DNA from: Candidatus Aenigmatarchaeota archaeon
Lineage (GTDB): Archaea > Aenigmatarchaeota > Aenigmatarchaeia > CG10238-14
Direction of reading: 5' to 3'
DNA length: 64,000 nucleotides
Assembly (NCBI GenBank): GCA_044343545.1
Contig: JAWBZR010000001.1
Coordinates: forward strand, 23,992 to 87,991
The position numbers were made by a program, and so were the translations under genes. How positions within the stretch are numbered: the first letter of the stretch is position 1; each line of letters begins with the position of its first letter. The notes beneath the pieces are model-generated. The model saw nothing but the letters and a program-made list of their open reading frames with translations, did not search any database and was not told the origin of the DNA. Of this stretch, positions 58,333-64,000 are shown in pieces.

Positions 58333-58944
58333 ATGGATGTATTAGAAAAGATAAAATTGTTAAGAAAAATTTCAAAAAAGAGAAACTTTGTTCAAAAAAT
58401 AGATTTTATCATGACTTTTAAAGAATTTGATGTAAACAAACCTGAAAATAAAATCGACGAATTCTTTCAACTCCCCAAGGGCATAGGAAGGCCTACAAGA
58501 ATAACCATTTTTCATTCAGAAAAGTTGAATACACCTCATAAAGTATTGAATCAGGCTGATATAGAAGCTCTAGAAAAGGATAAAAAGAAGATAAAAAAAC
58601 TCATAAAAGAAACTGATATATTTGTGGCTGAGCCGAAACTTATGCCCATAGTAGGTAAATACTTGGGTAAATACTTGGCCCCAAAAGGGATGATGCCTAA
58701 ACCTATAGTTGGAGACGTAAATTCTTTCTTAAAATCTTTAGAAGGAAGCGTGAGACTTTCTATAAAAAAGCAGCCGTCTATTCAAACCATCGTGGGTAGT
58801 GAAGATATGAAGGACGAAGATATTGCAGAAAACATTCAAGCATTAATAAACCACATTATACACAAACTTCCAAAAGGTAAACACAACATAAAAAACATAT
58901 ATATCAAGTTTACTATGAGCAAGCCTGTTAAAATAGAGGTGTGA
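58333..58944 (+). CDS. rpl1: 50S ribosomal protein L1
   Basis: 203 aa. The L1 fold motifs FVAEPKLMPIVGKYLGKYLAPKGMMP are present. Confidence 0.85.
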   Translation: MDVLEKIKLLRKISKKRNFVQKIDFIMTFKEFDVNKPENKIDEFFQLPKGIGRPTRITIFHSEKLNTPHKVLNQADIEALEKDKKKIKKLIKETDIFVAEPKLMPIVGKYLGKYLAPKGMMPKPIVGDVNSFLKSLEGSVRLSIKKQPSIQTIVGSEDMKDEDIAENIQALINHIIHKLPKGKHNIKNIYIKFTMSKPVKIEV

Positions 58945-59790
58945 ATGCGAATGGTAAAAAAGGAAAAATTGGATGCCTTGAACGAAATCAAAGAAAACAT
59001 AAAAAAGTACAGCGTGATAGGAATTGTAGATCTCTATAAAATGCCTTCTGAGCAATTACAAGCTATAAGAAAAGAATTGAGGGGTCAAGTTGTTATAAAA
59101 ATGTATAAAAAGAAAGTCGTCGAGAAGGCTTTCGAGCAAAGTAATGTGAAAAATCTTTTAAAGTTGTATGAATATAATGCGCTTCAACCTGCCTTGGTTT
59201 TTACGAACATAAATCCATTTAAGCTCTATAAAATTTTTGAAAAGAACAAAACGCCTACTTATGCTAAAGAAGGTGATATAGCACCAAATGATATAGTAAT
59301 CAAGGAAGGGCCTACCAAGCTTCCCGCTGGCCCTGCCATAGGAGAATTGCAAAGAGCAAAAATACCTGCCATGGTAAAAGAAGGTAAAATTCATATTTCT
59401 AAGGAAACTATAGTAGCTAAAAAAGGCTCTGTGATAACTCCTGAAATAGCCAACATCTTAAAAAAGTTGGAAATCCAACCCATGGAGATAGGAATAAATT
59501 TGTTGGCGGCGTGGGAAAATGAAATAGTTTACGATAGCTCTTTATTGGCTGTAAGCGAGGAAGAATACAAGAGCAAATTAAAAGAAGCTCATCAAAATGC
59601 CTTGAATCTATCTATCGGTATAAGCTATCCTACCAGAGAAAACATCGAAATATTGCTGCGTAAAGCATTTATAAATGCAAAATCATTAGGTTTTGAAGCA
59701 AATATATTTGATAAAGGTGTAATAGAAGATTTGATGATAAAAGCAGAAAGAACGGGAAGATTATTAAAATCTAAAATAAATCTCAGTTAA
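58945..59790 (+). CDS. rplP0: 50S ribosomal protein L10 (acidic P0)
   Basis: 281 aa located between L1 and L12. N-terminal L10 domain. Confidence 0.8.
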   Translation: MRMVKKEKLDALNEIKENIKKYSVIGIVDLYKMPSEQLQAIRKELRGQVVIKMYKKKVVEKAFEQSNVKNLLKLYEYNALQPALVFTNINPFKLYKIFEKNKTPTYAKEGDIAPNDIVIKEGPTKLPAGPAIGELQRAKIPAMVKEGKIHISKETIVAKKGSVITPEIANILKKLEIQPMEIGINLLAAWENEIVYDSSLLAVSEEEYKSKLKEAHQNALNLSIGISYPTRENIEILLRKAFINAKSLGFEANIFDKGVIEDLMIKAERTGRLLKSKINLS

Positions 59791-59804
59791 GGAGGTGTGC
59801 CATA

Positions 59805-60104
59805 GTGGAATATATATATACAGCTTTGTTGCTTCACTCGGCTGGAAAGGAGATAAATGAAAATAATGTAAAGAAAGTTATAGAAAGTGCGGGTATAAAA
59901 GCTGATGAAGCCAAAATAAAGGCACTAGTGTCTGCTTTAGAAGGAGTAAATATAGATGAAGTCATAAAACAAGCGTCTATGCCAGTTGTAGCTGCTGCCC
60001 CAACGCAACCAACAGAATCGAAACCACAAGAGAAAAAGGAAACACAGGAAGCAAAAAAGGAAGCCGAGGAAGCCGTAGTCGGTTTGGCAAGCTTGTTTGG
60101 TTAG
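59805..60104 (+). CDS. rpl12: 50S ribosomal protein L12 (P1 stalk protein)
   Basis: [20 protein letters not shown]-terminus, Ala/Glu/Lys-rich linker and the C-terminal GLASLFG. Confidence 0.9.
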   Translation: MEYIYTALLLHSAGKEINENNVKKVIESAGIKADEAKIKALVSALEGVNIDEVIKQASMPVVAAAPTQPTESKPQEKKETQEAKKEAEEAVVGLASLFG

Positions 60105-60132
60105 CTTTTGCTTTTTAATATTTTCAAAAATT

Positions 60133-60684
60133 TTACTTAGTTTTTAAAAGGAGATTCCTACTTAAAATCAAACTTGATGCAAAATGGAAAGCTCCTGAAA
60201 ATATAAACAATGCCTTAACGCCAAAGTAGCTGAATAAAATTGTAGCTAAAAGGGCTGCCATGCCATAAGTAATGTAAGAAATGCTATCTAGCAAGCCATA
60301 TTCGAACCCTCTCTTTTTCTTTCTTGTAAAATCAGCAGTTATTGACTTGTAAGCCGGATTAAAGCATGCGGTGGCGATGCCGTTGAGAAATTCCAAGATA
60401 AGTATTTGATAAGCAAGGGTTATGATGTTGTAAAATATAGATATGATGAAAGATAGCGTTCCGCCGATTATTATTAACAAATTTCTATTGTTTTTATCTG
60501 AAATCTTTCCAAATATGGGACTGAAAACACCAACGGTGAAGCAAAACACAGCATAAGAATAACCTATGATTGAAGGATTGTTTGAAATTTTCTCAACATA
60601 TATAGCATAGTAAGGACCTAGTATGCCCAGACTGATGGCTATTAAAAATTCTACCAATAACAATATCTTTATCTCTCTTCTCAT
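60133..60684 (-). CDS. Half-size MFS-like membrane protein (6 TM, 183 aa)
   Basis: Six TM helices with an MFS-like loop motif GKISDKNNRN between TM2 and TM3. Only a single 6-TM repeat is present. Confidence 0.4.
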   Translation of the reverse strand: MRREIKILLLVEFLIAISLGILGPYYAIYVEKISNNPSIIGYSYAVFCFTVGVFSPIFGKISDKNNRNLLIIIGGTLSFIISIFYNIITLAYQILILEFLNGIATACFNPAYKSITADFTRKKKRGFEYGLLDSISYITYGMAALLATILFSYFGVKALFIFSGAFHFASSLILSRNLLLKTK

Positions 60685-60842
60685 TCAGGATCCCTCTTAA
60701 TGTCCGTCTGGGCTTAACCATTTTTAGCCTAACCTTATTATATTTAGCAACTTAAGCTATTTATGTATTTACTTTTGGATTTAATAATTATTTTTTTGGT
60801 TTAAAAATCAAAAAAAATGTTTTTTTAGAGCTAAAAAGGTTT

Positions 60843-61250
60843 TTAATATCCAAAAATTCTTGAATCTGACTTTTCTATGTTTTTTATCCACAAAATAACA
60901 AAAACTAGAAGAGTAAAGAAAATGGATAAAATATATAAACCTGCTCCCACAGCTATTCCAATGCATGCAACCGAAAATATAGTAGCTGCAGTAGTTATTC
61001 CTTTTATATTTTCTGAGGTAGCTATAATAGTTCCGGCACCTATGAAACCTATGCCTGTAAGCACATTAGCTGCTAATCTCAATGGGTCTGTGTGTTGATG
61101 AATACCAACAAGCGTTGCCAAACAAGAAGATAAGCAGACGATCATGTGAGTCCTTAATCCTGCTGGTCTGTGAGCTTTTTCCCTCTCAAAACCTATTATT
61201 CCACCCAATATCGCTGATAAAATGAGTTTTAGAATGGCGTCATCCATCAT
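60843..61250 (-). CDS. mgtC: MgtC/SapB family membrane protein
   Basis: LSAILGGIIGFEREKAHRPAGLRTHMIV is the MgtC signature. Confidence 0.8.
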   Translation of the reverse strand: MMDDAILKLILSAILGGIIGFEREKAHRPAGLRTHMIVCLSSCLATLVGIHQHTDPLRLAANVLTGIGFIGAGTIIATSENIKGITTAATIFSVACIGIAVGAGLYILSIFFTLLVFVILWIKNIEKSDSRIFGY

Positions 61251-61347
61251 AAAATAATTTGATGCTTCTCGATTAAATTGTTTTTCGTTGACGTAATTTC
61301 TATGAAAATTTATAAATTTGAGTTATAGAATATAATTGTCTTGTAGG

Positions 61348-61635
61348 GTGACAAAATTGGAAGTAAAAGTTTTGAGGCAAGATAAGAACTCTTTATTAAT
61401 AGAGTTAAAGGGGGATACGATAGGGTTTGCAAATCTATTAAGCGAAGAATTATGGGAACATAAAGAAGTTGAAGAAGCAGCGGCAATAAAAGAGCATCCT
61501 TACATGTCTGAACCGAAAGTTTACGTTAAAACACGAGGCGCAAATCCTAAAAATGTCTTATTGGATGCTGCGAGATCTCTTCAAACAAAATTAAAAGAAC
61601 TTGAAAAGGAATTTCTAGTGCATGTCAAGAAATAA
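61348..61635 (+). CDS. rpoL: DNA-directed RNA polymerase subunit L (Rpb11 homolog)
   Basis: LIELKGDTIGFANLLSEELWEHKEVEEAAAIKEHPYMSEPKVYVKT matches the RpoL consensus (gEdHTlgNlL...V.fAaYk.pHP). GTG start chosen at 61348; the track ORF begins at TTG 61336. Confidence 0.75.
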   Translation: MTKLEVKVLRQDKNSLLIELKGDTIGFANLLSEELWEHKEVEEAAAIKEHPYMSEPKVYVKTRGANPKNVLLDAARSLQTKLKELEKEFLVHVKK

Positions 61636-61669
61636 ATTATTTAGTTATTGAAATTCATAATAATAATTC

Positions 61670-62299
61670 ATGTATGAGCCTTATGAGGATACTAAAAGTT
61701 CTCCTCTAAAAAGGTTTTTTTCGAAACTAAAAGATAAATGGGAAGCTTTTAAGCAAGAATTGCACTTCGACGAAAATATGAAGCACAAGTGGATATTTGT
61801 CTTCATCCCTTTAATAATTTTAGCGTTACTCACGGTCAGCTATACTGGTTACGTGACTTATACTGGAAAGATAACGGAAGCTCAATCAAAAATTTTAGTG
61901 TTAGAAAAGCAAATGACGACACTGGAAAATGACTTGGAAAAGACGAGAAGAGAGTTAGAAGGATGTTCTTCCGAGCTTAGTAGGACAAAAAGCGATCTTG
62001 AAAATGCAAAAAAAGAGATAGATAGATCTCAAAAAAATGTCGACAGTTGCGTGCTAGCAAAGCAAGATTTAGAAACCCAAATAAAATTGCTTCAAGACAA
62101 GTATGATGAGTTAAATAAAAAATTCAATACCTTGGAAGCTAACTACAAATCACTTGAATGCAATTGGGCACAAAGCAAAAATTGTCTCTATTATGTATTG
62201 AAAAATAACAATATAGAATGTGTCATTAAAATTGGCGAAAAGTACTATACATTTCCTGTCGGTATAGAAGTGCCACCAAGTCAAGTAAAGACATGTTAA
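61670..62299 (+). CDS. Membrane-anchored coiled-coil protein with Cys-containing C-terminal domain
   Basis: TM helix WIFVFIPLIILALLTV, then a coiled coil of about 100 aa and a C-terminal domain with 4 Cys. Confidence 0.4.
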   Translation: MYEPYEDTKSSPLKRFFSKLKDKWEAFKQELHFDENMKHKWIFVFIPLIILALLTVSYTGYVTYTGKITEAQSKILVLEKQMTTLENDLEKTRRELEGCSSELSRTKSDLENAKKEIDRSQKNVDSCVLAKQDLETQIKLLQDKYDELNKKFNTLEANYKSLECNWAQSKNCLYYVLKNNNIECVIKIGEKYYTFPVGIEVPPSQVKTC

Positions 62300-63636
62300 G
62301 CTTTTGTCAAAGCGTGAAAAGCTTTCACAGCCCTTTCGGGTGTAGGATAAACTGGTATGCCTGCCTTTATTAATTTTTGATTTCGTGCTTGTGTGAAATT
62401 GCTTCCAACAGAACACACCAATAGGGGTTTTTTGAATTTTCTCGCTTCAATTATATAATCAACAACTTTTTCTTCCAAAGTAGGTACTTGAAAGAGAGTT
62501 ATAACTATTGCACCGTCATATTCTTTACTAGAAAGACATTCATTCAAAGCTATGGAATATCTCTCGGCATTGGCATCCCCAGTTAAATCTATAGGATTAT
62601 GAAGACTCACATAGTTTGGCATTCTTTTGGAAAGCTTTTCTTTCAATTTTTGTGATGGTTCTGGCAATAACAAGCCTAACTCTTCTGCTTTATCGGCAGC
62701 TAACACTCCAAAACCTCCGCCATCCGTTATTATAACAACCCTCTTGCCCCTTGGTTTTGGTTGAGTTGAAAATGCAACAGAATAGTCTAGTAACTCTTCC
62801 CAATCATCTGCCTCTATAATTCCAAACTGCTTGAAAGCAGCCGAATATATTTTTCTTTCTCCAGCCAAAGAGCCCGTATGGGATGACACGGCCTTCGCGC
62901 CTTTTTCGCCTTTTCCACTCTTTAGCACGATTATGGGTTTTTTTGCCTTTTTCGCCTTTTCTAAAAATTTTCTTCCATCTGACTTTAATCCTTCTATGTA
63001 TGCGATAATCACTTTTGTTGTTTTATCCTTTCCTAAATATTCCAAAAGTTCTGCCTCGCTTACATCCATTCCATTTCCATAAGATATGAATTTGCTTATG
63101 CCTATGCCGCTACTGTAGAAAATATCTAATATAGTTGAACCGACAGCACCAGACTGCGAAATAAAAGAAATGTTGCCTTTACCTGGCCTCCCGCATCTAT
63201 CTTTTGAAAGAAATAAAGTGTCGACTCTCGAATAAGCATCATATATGCCGATGCAATTTGGCCCTATAACTCTTGTTCCGCTCTTGGCTATTATTTGCTT
63301 CAATTGCTCTTCAATTTTTTTTCCTTCATCTCCAATTTCAGAAAACCCTGAAGAAATTATTATTACGGAGGGTGTTTTTTTCTTCACACATTCTGTCAAA
63401 ACTTGAGGAACGATCTTTGCAGGAACCACAATGATGGCTAAATCTATTTTTTCTTTAACGTCTAGAATCGATTTGTAGCATTTTACGCCAAGTATTTCCT
63501 CGGCATTTGGATTTATAGGATATAATTTTCTGAACCCATTTTCAAAAAAATTTCGAAAAATTATATGACCAAGCTTGTTTTCTTCTCTAGAAGCTCCTAT
63601 TACTGCAACTGATTTTGGATTAAAAAACGAGTGCAT
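62296..63636 (-). CDS. acdA: Acetyl-CoA synthetase (ADP-forming) alpha subunit / CoA-binding domain protein
   Basis: N-terminal CoA-binding Rossmann fold PKSVAVIGASREENKLG. The succinyl-CoA synthetase-like alpha domain carries the phosphohistidine loop (SHTGSLAG). 446 aa. Confidence 0.8.
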   Translation of the reverse strand: MHSFFNPKSVAVIGASREENKLGHIIFRNFFENGFRKLYPINPNAEEILGVKCYKSILDVKEKIDLAIIVVPAKIVPQVLTECVKKKTPSVIIISSGFSEIGDEGKKIEEQLKQIIAKSGTRVIGPNCIGIYDAYSRVDTLFLSKDRCGRPGKGNISFISQSGAVGSTILDIFYSSGIGISKFISYGNGMDVSEAELLEYLGKDKTTKVIIAYIEGLKSDGRKFLEKAKKAKKPIIVLKSGKGEKGAKAVSSHTGSLAGERKIYSAAFKQFGIIEADDWEELLDYSVAFSTQPKPRGKRVVIITDGGGFGVLAADKAEELGLLLPEPSQKLKEKLSKRMPNYVSLHNPIDLTGDANAERYSIALNECLSSKEYDGAIVITLFQVPTLEEKVVDYIIEARKFKKPLLVCSVGSNFTQARNQKLIKAGIPVYPTPERAVKAFHALTKA

Positions 63637-63780
63637 ATAATTATTTTGTTTGACTTAAAATATAATATCTTCTGTCTCGTTGTCAATCTTTTGATTATAT
63701 GAATCAAACCTTATAAAAATTAAACATTTTGCTATGATTCTTCAAGACGAAAATTTCAAACCGAAAAATTAGAGTTTGAG

Positions 63781-64000
63781 CTAATTTTTTTGGCATTCGC
63801 CCTTGTAAGCAACTTGAACGCCTGCTGCCGCAGCAAAACATGAATTTGAATAGGTTTTTCCGTCTACACCACAAACAGGGTCATATTGCAAAGTACATAC
63901 TATCTCATTTTTGCAAACACCTTTGTATGCGACTTTTGTGCCACAAGCCACCGCGTCTGCCTCGCCGCATGCATAAGTCTTTCCGTCCTCACCGCAAACA
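63781..64000 (-). CDS. Secreted protein with at least two Kazal-type protease-inhibitor repeats (C-terminal part; 5' end beyond window)
   Basis: Minus-strand translation gives CGEDGKTYACGEADAVACGTKVAYKGVCKNEIVCTLQYDPVCGVDGKTYSNSCFAAAAGVQVAYKGECQKN. Two repeats of the Kazal signature (PVCG.DGKTY.N.C......G......GEC) are present. The local GC is about 48%, against about 30% in the flanks. Confidence 0.7.
   Translation of the reverse strand, partial: VCGEDGKTYACGEADAVACGTKVAYKGVCKNEIVCTLQYDPVCGVDGKTYSNSCFAAAAGVQVAYKGECQKN

Noticed and set aside
1-64000. CRISPR arrays, transposases, integrases or prophage signatures
   Set aside because: No regularly spaced direct repeats and no recombinase-like ORFs were seen. 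The only short exact repeat is the 12-nt motif upstream of copA.

Overview
This is a 64 kb, AT-rich (about 30% GC) archaeal chromosomal segment. The tRNA and SRP RNA genes are strongly GC-enriched against that background, which suggests a thermophile. The ribosomal protein set is the archaeal/eukaryal-specific one (S17e, L44e, S27e, S3Ae, S28e, L24e, L7Ae, L10/P0, L12/P1). The gene content and its scrambled operon order (fused PriS-like primase, dispersed r-protein genes, adjacent split genes) resemble a small-genome DPANN or Nanoarchaeota-like lineage; that attribution is inference. Information-processing genes dominate: family B DNA polymerase, primase catalytic subunit with an adjacent GINS-like gene, Hef helicase and XPF nuclease as two adjacent genes, a Pif1-like helicase, GlyRS, GluRS, tRNA splicing endonuclease, TrmI, a NOP2/Sun methyltransferase, Pelota, Bud32, MetAP, RpoL, SRP RNA, tRNA-Phe and tRNA-Ala. 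Other content includes a co-directional cell-surface glycosylation cluster (surface protein, ArnE-like flippase, three GT-C-like polytopic membrane proteins of which one carries a CBM-like tail, GT2 polyprenyl-phosphate sugar synthase, Glf-like flavoenzyme). There is a copper locus made of a membrane-anchored wHTH protein, a dual-HMA membrane protein and CopA, with a repeated 12-nt motif between them. A two-subunit [NiFe] hydrogenase sits next to a maturation protease and a VIT1-like transporter, with CorA and MgtC magnesium transport genes nearby. Central metabolism is represented by PGK, NAD kinase, a Glu/Leu dehydrogenase-family enzyme, TrxB and the ADP-forming acetyl-CoA synthetase alpha subunit. 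Unusual items are a tandem pair of uncharacterised paralogs, three tightly packed small genes (two of them TM peptides), an mscL interrupted by an in-frame TGA, and a GC-rich 3' end encoding Kazal-type inhibitor repeats. No CRISPR arrays, transposases or integrases were seen.
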